Shown in pieces: positions 28,683 to 37,826 of a stretch of 64,000 bases of DNA (position 1 is its first letter; the number at the start of each line of letters is the position of its first letter). A program made the translations under genes and the position numbers. This stretch comes from a virus. The DNA lies in IMG/VR virus record IMGVR_UViG_3300027973_000053, positions 5,329-69,328 of that record; one strand, 5' to 3'. The notes below the pieces were generated by a model. That model saw nothing but the letters and a program-made list of their open reading frames with translations. It was not told the DNA's origin and searched no databases.

Positions 28683-29546
28683 TTAAATAGTACAGCTACC
28701 TTGTTTTGCTAAATCAGTTCCATAAATTGTAAATGGTGTTCCGTTTACTGCACATATAAAGTTACCTGCGGGTACAGTTTGTCCATAATACCAAGTTCCA
28801 TCACAGGCTTGATAATCTCCATACCAATCAAGGGGTGTAAAGTTTTTATATTGGAAACATTGCCCCAAAGTGGTAGTTGTTGTTGAAGTGGTTGTTGTGG
28901 TGCTTGTAGTTGTTGTACTCGTTGTAGTTGTTGATGTTGTGGTAGTAGATGTAGTGGTTGTTGAAGTAGTTGATGTACTTGTAGTGCTTGTAGTAGTAGT
29001 TGAAGTGGTGGTTGTGGTGCTTATACTGCAAGGGCAAGTAACCGAAGTTATAGAGCCTGTCAAATCAGAAGCAAGATTAGGTGTAGTAACTGATGTTATC
29101 TTAAACCAAGTAAAAGTATCTAATGAATAGTATTGACCTATAACTACTGTTGCAGCAAGTGGGAACTTAACTACTGCATAATTATTAGGTAGGCTGCAAT
29201 CAGTTGAAATACTACAATCATAAACCTCTGCATTGTAAAATTTAAACGCATTTGTAGTTGTGGTACTTGTAGTTGTGGTGCTTGTAGTTGTAGTGGAAGT
29301 AGTTGTACTTGTTGTAGTTGTTGGTTCTTGTGAAAGAATATCTAATTGTATAGAATCAGTACAAGTTCCTATTGATGTAACAGTTATTTTGGTAGCTAAA
29401 CCATTTACTGATACAGTTATGCCATCTAACAAATCTTGTAGCGAAGCGGTACTTGGAATAGCTGCACCACCCACATTTGGGGTAATAGAAAACGTGCTAC
29501 CCATTGAAGAACCTAAACCACTATATAATTTTACAAGTACGTTCAT
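28683..29546 (-). CDS. Thr/Ser-rich mucin-like protein with Cys-rich domains
   Basis: Two TTTTS tracts separating three small Cys-containing domains. Confidence 0.85.
   Translation of the reverse strand: MNVLVKLYSGLGSSMGSTFSITPNVGGAAIPSTASLQDLLDGITVSVNGLATKITVTSIGTCTDSIQLDILSQEPTTTTSTTTSTTTTSTTTTSTTTTNAFKFYNAEVYDCSISTDCSLPNNYAVVKFPLAATVVIGQYYSLDTFTWFKITSVTTPNLASDLTGSITSVTCPCSISTTTTTSTTTTSTTSTSTTSTTTTSTTTTSTTTTSTTTTSTTTTTSTTTTTLGQCFQYKNFTPLDWYGDYQACDGTWYYGQTVPAGNFICAVNGTPFTIYGTDLAKQGSCTI
28868..29022 (-). repeat. poly-Thr/Ser (TTTTS)n coding tract, about 50 residues
   Basis: Degenerate codon repeats; similar tracts at about 29253-29322 and 30065-30133. Confidence 0.9.
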
Positions 29547-29555
29547 TTTTTATTT

Positions 29556-32500
29556 TTAACAAGTTACATAAGATGTCCCTGATGTGTTTACGTTAATATA
29601 TATATCATTGTATCCGCTTACCACAGTAATATAGTCATTTGTAGTATGACAATATCCTGTATAACTTCCATTAAACCCAACACCAAATTGTAAATTAGCA
29701 GCACTACCAAATTGATATATATATATTGTTACAGTAGACCCGGATGGTATGCCTGATTTTGCTAAAACATAAGATGTTGAATTTCCCAAAAGCGTATCCG
29801 GTGGAGGGACCCCCCCTAAAGATACTCTAACCCAAAATCTAGGTTCACCAGAAACTGCACCTTTTGATTTTACATAAACATTAAACGTACAATTTCCTGT
29901 TGGCACTAAATCCATTCCGCTTAAAGTAAATGGACTATTTATGACTGCACAAACTGATGCGGATGGGGCAAGTGTTCCACCATATACCCAAGCACCTCCA
30001 CATATTTGATAATCCCCTACCCAATTAATTGCTGAATTATTTGTATAAATATTACAAGATGGTAAAGTAGTGGTAGTGGTTGAAGTAGTAGTGGTTGATG
30101 TAGTGGTAGTAGTTGAGGTTGTAGTGGTAGTTGGTGTATTAGGTAAGACATAAGCTACACCTCCTGCAAATCCGCATCCGGAGTATCTATTAATTTCTTC
30201 CATAGCAATAACGTATTTATTTGTTATTGCATCAAATACACCATAAATACAAGGGTCGCCTTTATAAACACCATCCAACGAAACACCATTGTTTAATGAT
30301 TTTCTATAAGCTATTAATCTAGTAGTAAAGAATGAGTTTGTTTTATAAATCATAGATATTGGTGTAATACCATCTTGACTTAATCTACATACTACCCCTC
30401 TATAATTATCTACAAAATAATCGCTGTAATTATTCCACGCAAGGCTTGTGTCTGCATCGCCTATTCCAAAATCTCCTGCGTAATATTGAATCTTGTTTAT
30501 TAGCCTATCCGAATTTGCTTGTAAAGGATTTCCTGTTACATCTTTAATAATTTGTGTAAGTACAGGTACTCTACCTACCTTAAATTTTTGATAAACAACA
30601 AGTATTCTATCTCTAATGTGCAAACGCATTACATCACCAAAGCTATTATCGTATTCATCAAAGTCTTGTGGATAAAATCTGTTTATGCTGTTTATGCTTG
30701 TATTAAGTTGATATTCTTGACCGAATCTTATGAGTGCAGGATAATATGTTTGTGCTGCGTTTTCCTCTACTGCTGACGCTCTTCCGTTGCTATTGGTTAC
30801 TATATTATTGTTATCGGTAAAGCTACTTTCAATTATATCAATCGTTTGGTTTGACAAAACAGTCAATGACAAAATGTTCCCATTTGTAAATATTTGATAC
30901 CCGCCAAATATTGCTTGTCTTTGTGCAATAACCCACATTTTACTATTGGGGGGAATATCAACATTAGTATCAATATCTATTTGGGTTGGAGTTGTTGATA
31001 CAGTTATTGATTCTGATAATGCAAAACTATATTTTGGAGAATATGGACTTCCTGCGTTTGAACAAATTAGTGCTGCAACAGTAAAAATTTCACTTATTGA
31101 AGTATCGCAACTTATTAATAAAGTTGCCTTGATATTCAATTTTAATGTTTTTGTTGAAGATTTATTCCAAAACAAAAATCCACTACTTGCAAATACAGGA
31201 TACGAAGAACCTGTGCTGCTTGCAATGTTAGCAGGTTGAGTTGATATTTGATAAAGAGCATTGTTAATTGTTGGTGTATTTGGTGGCTGAATAAAATAAG
31301 CATACTCGGCATATCCTATTGTGTAGGAAGTTGTTGTAACCCATTTTAATTCATATTTTCTTGATATTAAAACATTTCTTTTTCTATAAAACAAATCTCC
31401 ATTACTAGCCGATATTCTTGCCGGCACTCCTAATGGATTGCTTGCGGATTGCTGTTGCTCTAGTCCAAAATGATATGCATTTGCTGTTCCTGCATTTCCA
31501 ATACCAAACATTTTGCCAAACTCAAAAAAAACTTTTACATCTGTATTTGGAGTATAGTTGTATATAAATATCTCATAGTTTTGGTAATCGTCTGTACCCG
31601 AAAAGTTAAATGCCAATGTATTTATATCAGAAGTTGGATAGTTTATTTTAATAAAAAATCCCTTTCTATTTATACTTGCGGAAGTGCCATCTATTACTGC
31701 TTTTATGCTATCCTCCACACCCAAAATCTCATAATCAAAAATTGCAAAATTTGTAGATATAAATTGTGGGTTTCCTGTTACATCAAATCTTCTTAAAAAT
31801 CTTATTCTATCTCCCGGAGTATATTCGTATGAAACCACTCTTTCGGTAGATGATATTTGGTCATTATAAGCTGCTATATTTTCAATACCTATATAAGCAT
31901 ATTTTTTACCATTAATATCTGAACTTTGATAAGCTGAATTGCTTATCCAACAAAGTCTTTTTGAATAGGTTGTATTGTTAGACCTTAATAAATGAAAGTA
32001 TGCCGCTTCTAATGGTGGTCTATTAGCTATTTCTAAATAAAGCTGCGGATATGTATATAAAGTAGTATTTTGTTGAGTTTGCAAGGTAGCGTTTACGCTT
32101 GTTTGTGCCCCTATCGTTCTTCCCTCTGAATCAAAATATTGAATAGCATAAGTATATCCACTATCCCAAGCATTTGCAAAGGTTGTGTTATCGGGTTGTC
32201 CTGTTGTTGCAGATAAATATTTTGTTCCCGAAGAATTTAATAAAACAGTGTTTGAGTTATAGGTAGTTGTAAATCCACCACCCACTCTCATTGTTAATTG
32301 ATTGGAAGTAATAGAACCTACTTGACTAAAACCTTTGGTTACTAACAAAGCTGATATTGCAGTAAGTATAGAAGATGTGGTTGCAGTAAGGCTTGTGTTT
32401 GTATAAGATACACCAATATCTAATCCTGATGATGTTTGCAGGTTAATTACATATTGGGCTGCTGCATTGTTTAATGTACTTACGTTATTTGCACTATCAT

Positions 32501-33695
32501 TTGTTCCTGTACCAAAAAGATATATGTTTAGATATGTGGTTGTCAAAGCTGGAAATGTTCCTGATGTTTGCCCATTTATTGTAACAAAAAACAGCAACCC
32601 ACATTTATCGTAAAAATAATTAGCTGTTGAGGAAGTATTCAAAGAATACCCTTTTAAAATCATTGATGTTTTATTGTATCCCTCGGTTATCCCTGCATAC
32701 AACAAAGTATTTCCATTTGCAAGTTCTGATGCGTTTGCTTTTAAAGGAACGTAGTCTTGAAGTAATTCAGTTTCATTTATATCAAGTGGTATATAAACAC
32801 TATCATTTTTAAATAAAAATGTATAAATTGAATCGTCTGCTATGTTTAGATTTGTCTTGTCAAATAGTTTTATTAATTTCCAATCGGAGGTTATACCGCT
32901 TGTAGTTTGTCTAAAAGCAACCTCTATTCCTTTTACGTTTTGCCCTCCGGTACTAAAGTTTATAGATATTCTGCTATTTTCTTTTGGGTTATTAGATGTG
33001 TAGTTTATTGAATCTTGCTGTGGCAAAGGAACTATACTTCTTGAACTCCATACAGACTTATCTTGTGTGTCATAAACATATCTATAACAAAACTGAAATA
33101 GAGAATTGCGAAGGTTGTTTTGAGTAGTTGTTCCTGTTGTACTATCGTTTTCATAAACAACTTGTGGCGGCATAACAGGTGGTGCTTTGATAACCAAAAT
33201 ATCCTGTTTTCTCCATACCGAATATACTTGTTTTACATTAATACACTTTGGCTGCGTATTACCATCGTTAAAAAACAATATATCCCCTTCCGTATCTCTA
33301 TAAACTATATTAACAGATAATATCTTGTAAGATGGGTTGAACTCTAATATATCTACTCCACCTGTGTTGGTAAGGTTTATTAAAATGCTTACTATTGAAT
33401 TGTTGTTATTGTCATAGTAAAGTACGGAATGATATTTATTGCTATTCCATAAAAAGTAATATGCTCTATTTCTTTTTTTATCATCTTTGAATCCTATTAT
33501 TTTATTGAACCCACTTGGTAGGGTATAAGGTACTAAAGAATTACCAATAACACCTGATACAACCACATCTTGCCCTTCGCCCGGCGAATCCTTTGTTATG
33601 TTCAACGCATCAACATAATCTCCGTTGCTTATCACACGAAAATCTGCATCGTCAAGGTTCATCCTTCCATTAAATGGGTTTGTTAATATCGGCAT
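29556..33695 (-). CDS. tail stabilisation (muzzle-like) protein, N-terminal part with appended Thr linker and Cys domain
   Basis: 1379 aa; GRMNLDD..R...GDYVDALNI start, QFCYRYVY, YAGDFGI and FVDNYRGVVCRLSQDGITPIS motifs. Confidence 0.8.
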   Translation of the reverse strand: MPILTNPFNGRMNLDDADFRVISNGDYVDALNITKDSPGEGQDVVVSGVIGNSLVPYTLPSGFNKIIGFKDDKKRNRAYYFLWNSNKYHSVLYYDNNNNSIVSILINLTNTGGVDILEFNPSYKILSVNIVYRDTEGDILFFNDGNTQPKCINVKQVYSVWRKQDILVIKAPPVMPPQVVYENDSTTGTTTQNNLRNSLFQFCYRYVYDTQDKSVWSSRSIVPLPQQDSINYTSNNPKENSRISINFSTGGQNVKGIEVAFRQTTSGITSDWKLIKLFDKTNLNIADDSIYTFLFKNDSVYIPLDINETELLQDYVPLKANASELANGNTLLYAGITEGYNKTSMILKGYSLNTSSTANYFYDKCGLLFFVTINGQTSGTFPALTTTYLNIYLFGTGTNDSANNVSTLNNAAAQYVINLQTSSGLDIGVSYTNTSLTATTSSILTAISALLVTKGFSQVGSITSNQLTMRVGGGFTTTYNSNTVLLNSSGTKYLSATTGQPDNTTFANAWDSGYTYAIQYFDSEGRTIGAQTSVNATLQTQQNTTLYTYPQLYLEIANRPPLEAAYFHLLRSNNTTYSKRLCWISNSAYQSSDINGKKYAYIGIENIAAYNDQISSTERVVSYEYTPGDRIRFLRRFDVTGNPQFISTNFAIFDYEILGVEDSIKAVIDGTSASINRKGFFIKINYPTSDINTLAFNFSGTDDYQNYEIFIYNYTPNTDVKVFFEFGKMFGIGNAGTANAYHFGLEQQQSASNPLGVPARISASNGDLFYRKRNVLISRKYELKWVTTTSYTIGYAEYAYFIQPPNTPTINNALYQISTQPANIASSTGSSYPVFASSGFLFWNKSSTKTLKLNIKATLLISCDTSISEIFTVAALICSNAGSPYSPKYSFALSESITVSTTPTQIDIDTNVDIPPNSKMWVIAQRQAIFGGYQIFTNGNILSLTVLSNQTIDIIESSFTDNNNIVTNSNGRASAVEENAAQTYYPALIRFGQEYQLNTSINSINRFYPQDFDEYDNSFGDVMRLHIRDRILVVYQKFKVGRVPVLTQIIKDVTGNPLQANSDRLINKIQYYAGDFGIGDADTSLAWNNYSDYFVDNYRGVVCRLSQDGITPISMIYKTNSFFTTRLIAYRKSLNNGVSLDGVYKGDPCIYGVFDAITNKYVIAMEEINRYSGCGFAGGVAYVLPNTPTTTTTSTTTTTSTTTTSTTTTTLPSCNIYTNNSAINWVGDYQICGGAWVYGGTLAPSASVCAVINSPFTLSGMDLVPTGNCTFNVYVKSKGAVSGEPRFWVRVSLGGVPPPDTLLGNSTSYVLAKSGIPSGSTVTIYIYQFGSAANLQFGVGFNGSYTGYCHTTNDYITVVSGYNDIYINVNTSGTSYVTC

Positions 33696-33706
33696 TTTGA
33701 ATATGT

Positions 33707-34480
33707 TTAAGCCTTCACAGTCAGGCGGGTCGCTTCAAGGTTGGCATCGTATGCTTCTGACAAGTACAATGGTTTAAATCTTGCAAGTGCCTGTCTGCGT
33801 TGGTTGTAAAATTCTCTCTTTCTTTCTGCTTTATCTCCTAATGAGCCCTTTCTAGTGTTAGGCATAGAAGCAATATCTCTCCACGATAACCACGCAAATA
33901 GGGCTTCTCTAAACACCATAGGAATCATGTATTGTTCATCCGGGTTAGGGCTTGAAAGGTATTCAATCATTATATAGGGATAGGAGAAACTTTCGTTTAG
34001 CAAAATTACTCCTGCTGAATCATCAATATTAAATGAGCCTACATTTGGTGAGCCGCTTGGTAGTCCATAAATATTTGTAAATCCGTACCCATCCCAATAG
34101 TTGTAAAACATTGGTGTATTTTGTAAGTACCAATTTACAAGCGTGTTGTCTTGTGTTTTTTCAATTCTATCTGGAAGTGTATCGGAAAAGAAAGTCATTT
34201 TGTTATTAAACTTTAATGGAATTATTTCTCCATTTGAATTTAATACTCCTATTTTAGTATAGTTAAGATAATCGGAAGGTAATTGTACGGTGAAGTTGGT
34301 TGTATCAACAGGCAACTTTACTGACTTTATTCTATAAAAGAAGTCAATACCTAATTGTTCCATTCCACGATAGGCAATATTATATAGTTTAGCGTACTTA
34401 TTTTGGCTTTGTTCGCTTTCATCTATGTAGTCGTATATAACCGATTCAAGTGTTATATAGTTTCTTGTTTCTTGCCCCAT
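33707..34480 (-). CDS. tail ring / head-tail connector protein
   Basis: LPSDYLNYTKI motif, position before stabilisation protein. Confidence 0.7.
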   Translation of the reverse strand: MGQETRNYITLESVIYDYIDESEQSQNKYAKLYNIAYRGMEQLGIDFFYRIKSVKLPVDTTNFTVQLPSDYLNYTKIGVLNSNGEIIPLKFNNKMTFFSDTLPDRIEKTQDNTLVNWYLQNTPMFYNYWDGYGFTNIYGLPSGSPNVGSFNIDDSAGVILLNESFSYPYIMIEYLSSPNPDEQYMIPMVFREALFAWLSWRDIASMPNTRKGSLGDKAERKREFYNQRRQALARFKPLYLSEAYDANLEATRLTVKA

Positions 34481-34743
34481 TAGTTAGAGTTTGATAGGTA
34501 TGCTAATATATCTGATTCACGAATAATAAAGTGCTGCTCTCCATCAACAATTATTTCTTCTCCTACATCTTTGATATGACAGATAGTATCTCCTTGCTTT
34601 GCTTCTTTACATCTATTGCCGGATTCTATTACAACTGCCATATTGTTTCTTGTTCTTACGCTTTCGGGTATATAAAGCCCTCCTTCTGTTTGTTCATCGG
34701 GTGCACAAGGTTTTACAAGTATCAAGTTTCTTAGTGGTTTCAT
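34480..34743 (-). CDS. groES: co-chaperonin GroES (Cpn10)-like
   Basis: MKPLRNLILVK...TEGGLYIP...IIRESDILA. Confidence 0.9.
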   Translation of the reverse strand: MKPLRNLILVKPCAPDEQTEGGLYIPESVRTRNNMAVVIESGNRCKEAKQGDTICHIKDVGEEIIVDGEQHFIIRESDILAYLSNSN

Positions 34744-34892
34744 TTTTCTTTTGATTTTATCTTTTTTTCTTGTTGAAGCATTGCTTTTGTTGGTTTTTTT
34801 CCGCTACCCTTGTTTTCTCTAATGCTATCCCAAAGTCCATGCCTTGAATATCTGCCATCTTTTCTTTTAATCATTGCACTTGTCTTTCCCAT
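34740..34892 (-). CDS. small basic protein (50 aa, not in ORF track)
   Basis: MGKTSAMIKRKDGRYSRHGLWDSIRENKGSGKKPTKAMLQQEKKIKSKEK fills the gap; stop overlaps groES ATG. Confidence 0.75.
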   Translation of the reverse strand: MGKTSAMIKRKDGRYSRHGLWDSIRENKGSGKKPTKAMLQQEKKIKSKEK

Positions 34893-34897
34893 ATTTG

Positions 34898-35518
34898 TTA
34901 GTTTGGCGAATCCACTCCATCGTTTGTTGTTTGGATTGGTCTTTGTTTATTTGCAATAAGTAATTTCATATATTCAACAATAACAGGTATATAATCATCC
35001 GGTACATTTAATTCAGAAGTTAAGTCGGAAGAAACACCACCACTCACCATTCTTATTTTTGCTTTGTAGTTTGTGATTATTGTTCCCGATTTTATGTAAA
35101 TTGTTTTGCCATCGTACCAAAAAGCAAATTTACCCTGTATTGGTCTGATATTATTTTGATATACTGATTGTGCGGTATTGAGTGGTACTCCTGCTCTTGA
35201 TTGTTGATTAGAATAAATTTGTAAGGAAGCTATGCCATCAGTCTTTCCTAGTGCAAAGGGTATTTGTGGTAGTGTTATTGTATATAAATCAGTATCTGCT
35301 TGCGTTATAGTCAAATTAGAAAAGGTAGTAAAGAAAGAACTATTTACAAAAGCTACTCCCTCTAATTGTAGGTTATCGGTATAGTTTTTTTTCGCAGCAA
35401 CACCAATGCCATCGTTTAACCACTCATTTACAAGGTTGAATGTAATAGAGGAATCATCGCTTGGCTGCTCGTTGTATATCAGCCTTAATATTCTTTCTAT
35501 GAATGTTTGTCTTTGCAT
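34898..35518 (-). CDS. tail ring / connector protein
   Basis: Position; ELNVPDDY motif. Confidence 0.65.
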   Translation of the reverse strand: MQRQTFIERILRLIYNEQPSDDSSITFNLVNEWLNDGIGVAAKKNYTDNLQLEGVAFVNSSFFTTFSNLTITQADTDLYTITLPQIPFALGKTDGIASLQIYSNQQSRAGVPLNTAQSVYQNNIRPIQGKFAFWYDGKTIYIKSGTIITNYKAKIRMVSGGVSSDLTSELNVPDDYIPVIVEYMKLLIANKQRPIQTTNDGVDSPN

Positions 35519-36186
35519 TATTGTCCTTGTGTAATTATAGAGTTAGCGTAATTGAGTACATCTCCATCTTTCAAGTTTATTCCTGCAAGTTTTAGTATTC
35601 TTGCTATGATTTCAAGTTGGTCTAAGTTACTCCATTTTGGTTGTTCCGATAACGCAGAAGAATAAACAGGTCTGCCATTTCCATCAGTAGTATATGCCCA
35701 ATATATTCTTGTTGGTTTTTTGATATAGGATAGCCTTGCTGCGGTTATATTAGCAGGATAGAACCTAAACCCTATATCTTCAATAAGGTAGGCAGGATTG
35801 GTCGCTATTGGGTCTATTTTTGAATTATAGATAGAGTACAACTTATCTTGACTTGTCCACGTTACTCTTTGGTTTCCATAGATAGTCCACATAGCATCTG
35901 CTTGTAAATAATCTCCGGGATAAGTACAAAATCCATTTAGGTCAACAGATAAGTTTGTGGTGTATATAAATGGTTGTAGTCTTTGTCTTACGTTGCTATT
36001 TTGTCCATACCCTATTCTTGATTGAGCCCTTCCGTATTGATACTGCTGAAATTCTCCAATAAGAAAATCAGCCCATGAATTTTGTGCTTGCTCTACAAGT
36101 AGGTTGAACTCGGATGGTGTTAGGTTGCCATTTTGTGCCTTGTTAATTGCGTATTGGCATATCCTGTACATTTCATCAACATTCAT
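35518..36186 (-). CDS. tail ring / connector protein
   Basis: NKAQNGNLTPSEFN, PGDYL and YIKKP motifs. Confidence 0.7.
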   Translation of the reverse strand: MNVDEMYRICQYAINKAQNGNLTPSEFNLLVEQAQNSWADFLIGEFQQYQYGRAQSRIGYGQNSNVRQRLQPFIYTTNLSVDLNGFCTYPGDYLQADAMWTIYGNQRVTWTSQDKLYSIYNSKIDPIATNPAYLIEDIGFRFYPANITAARLSYIKKPTRIYWAYTTDGNGRPVYSSALSEQPKWSNLDQLEIIARILKLAGINLKDGDVLNYANSIITQGQ

Positions 36187-36202
36187 ACGAATATATTATA
36201 CA

Positions 36203-36210
36203 CAAATATA
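36203..36210 (-). promoter_or_regulatory. -7 promoter element TATATTTG
   Basis: 16 nt upstream of ATG 36186, just after a terminator. Confidence 0.7.
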
Positions 36211-36224
36211 CTTATTCCAAAAAT

Positions 36225-36260
36225 TAAAAAAGCCTACAATTTTTTAGTTTGTAGGCTTTT
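36225..36260 (-). terminator. rho-independent terminator
   Basis: AAAAGCCTACA/TGTAGGCTTTT 11-bp stem with U tract. Confidence 0.8.
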
Positions 36261-36264
36261 ATGC

Positions 36265-37152
36265 TTATTGAAGTTTTTTTAGCTGTTCAAGGAACTGCTT
36301 ACTATCATCTTGTGGGTAGAGTGCAAAGTCCACCAAGTATTCGTGTGCCTTTTGGTCTGGCGGTATTTTACAAATAAAACCTCCATCAGAAGCCCAATAA
36401 GCTGAACCCGGTCTGCTTGTCAAGTCAATTTTACTATCTGTGATAGCTTTTTTAACAACGAAAGCAACTTCTACTTCTTTACTTCCTACTGATTGCATAA
36501 ACTTATTAGGCTGCGATTCTGCGTACAATTCATAGTCATTACGCAATCCTTCTGCTGACTTAGGGAAGCCCATTTCGTCAATAAAGCTGATACCTAAATA
36601 GTTTGCGTGCCTACGCATATCTTCTTCGGTAGCGTTTGTTGCCATTTTAATTGCTTCGATACGATTCAGCCTTTTCTTTCTATCAATTTCTGCTTGACGA
36701 AGCGGATTCCATTCAAAGAATGTGTTTCTCTTGTACCCTTTTCGGTGTGGGTTGTCAAGGTTTGCGTTTGATTTGTTTAAAAAGTCAATCGCTGTTTGGT
36801 CATAATCTGGAAGCCTTAAAACTCTGCGTTGAAAAACAAGTGTTCTCCGGTTGGCTTTAATAAAATCTTCCGTAAGTGCCTTTTGGTCTTCCAAATAAAT
36901 GCTTGGAAATCCTCGTAAAAGCCTAATACGTTCCATTCTTTGCTTCTCTGGATTCCAAACATCATCAATACCTTCCATGTGGAAATCTCCACTTTTGTTT
37001 ACATCTGATAGCTTGTAAACTTTAAAGGTACTTGTTTGGATTGTTGAAGATTGTGTCGCTGACTGCGATTCTTCGTGTTGGTGTGATAAATCCGGTTCAT
37101 CTTGAAATACAAGAGATTGGTCGGATAAAGATGAACTTTTTGTTTTCGCCAT
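36265..37152 (-). CDS. conserved capsid-module protein
   Basis: 295 aa between capsid and ring genes. Confidence 0.65.
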   Translation of the reverse strand: MAKTKSSSLSDQSLVFQDEPDLSHQHEESQSATQSSTIQTSTFKVYKLSDVNKSGDFHMEGIDDVWNPEKQRMERIRLLRGFPSIYLEDQKALTEDFIKANRRTLVFQRRVLRLPDYDQTAIDFLNKSNANLDNPHRKGYKRNTFFEWNPLRQAEIDRKKRLNRIEAIKMATNATEEDMRRHANYLGISFIDEMGFPKSAEGLRNDYELYAESQPNKFMQSVGSKEVEVAFVVKKAITDSKIDLTSRPGSAYWASDGGFICKIPPDQKAHEYLVDFALYPQDDSKQFLEQLKKLQ

Positions 37153-37203
37153 AAATGGTGATTTTATGAATAAGCAGAATCAATAGTAGTTCCACTTACT
37201 CGG

Positions 37204-37740
37204 TTATTTAATACCCAAATTTACAATATTTTCTTTTGCTTCTAAGTATTTTTTTGCAGCTTCTCCTTCTGTATCAAAAAAACCCAAATGCACTTGTTTT
37301 TTATTTATAATTATATAAGAACGCCATTTTTTATTGTCCTTGCGATAAGAAACGCCAACATTTTTACTTGATTTGCCTTCTTTTTTTTCATAGTAATAAA
37401 TACTATTTTCTCTATTAGTGCAATATCTTAAATTGCTTAAATGATTGTTTTCCTTATTTCCGTCAATATGGTCAACGGCTAATTTTAATTCCCCTACAAA
37501 AGCTAACATTACCAATCTATGTACTTTAAATGTTTTTGGTTTTTTGTTTTTAATTAAATCCAATTTTAAATAATTATTTTTATCGTAAGATGGATTTATA
37601 ATTTTTCCATCTTTTAATGGAATATTTACTTTATTTCTTTTTGGAGGTGATAAAAAGGATTTTATTCTACCGTAATTGGAAATCTCATATAATCCTTCAT
37701 AATTTGGTATTGGTAACCAAATTTCATTTACATTTGTCAT
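37204..37740 (-). CDS. NUMOD4-HNH-AP2 homing endonuclease
   Basis: EIWLPIPNYEGLYEISNYGRIKS; VHRLV...VDHIDGNKENNHLSNL; GVSY...KWRSYI...HLGFFDTEGEAA; likely start ATG 37740. Confidence 0.92.
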   Translation of the reverse strand: MTNVNEIWLPIPNYEGLYEISNYGRIKSFLSPPKRNKVNIPLKDGKIINPSYDKNNYLKLDLIKNKKPKTFKVHRLVMLAFVGELKLAVDHIDGNKENNHLSNLRYCTNRENSIYYYEKKEGKSSKNVGVSYRKDNKKWRSYIIINKKQVHLGFFDTEGEAAKKYLEAKENIVNLGIK

Positions 37741-37770
37741 ATCTTTATGTTTTAGCGAATTAAAGATACG

Positions 37771-37806
37771 AAAAAACCCCCAATATTTTATTATTGAGGG
37801 TTTTTT
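37771..37806 (-). terminator. terminator after major capsid gene
   Basis: AAAAAACCC..CAATA / TATTG.GGGTTTTTT hairpin. Confidence 0.75.
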
Positions 37807-37826
37807 ATTGCACAAATCAAGTAATA

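Noticed and set aside
28870-29559. Poly-Val ORFs on the + strand
   Set aside because: Antisense shadow of the poly-Thr tracts
28675-30180. Insert in the stabilisation gene as a self-splicing intron or intein
   Set aside because: It is fully protein-coding with normal starts and stops; no intron core or intein motifs seen
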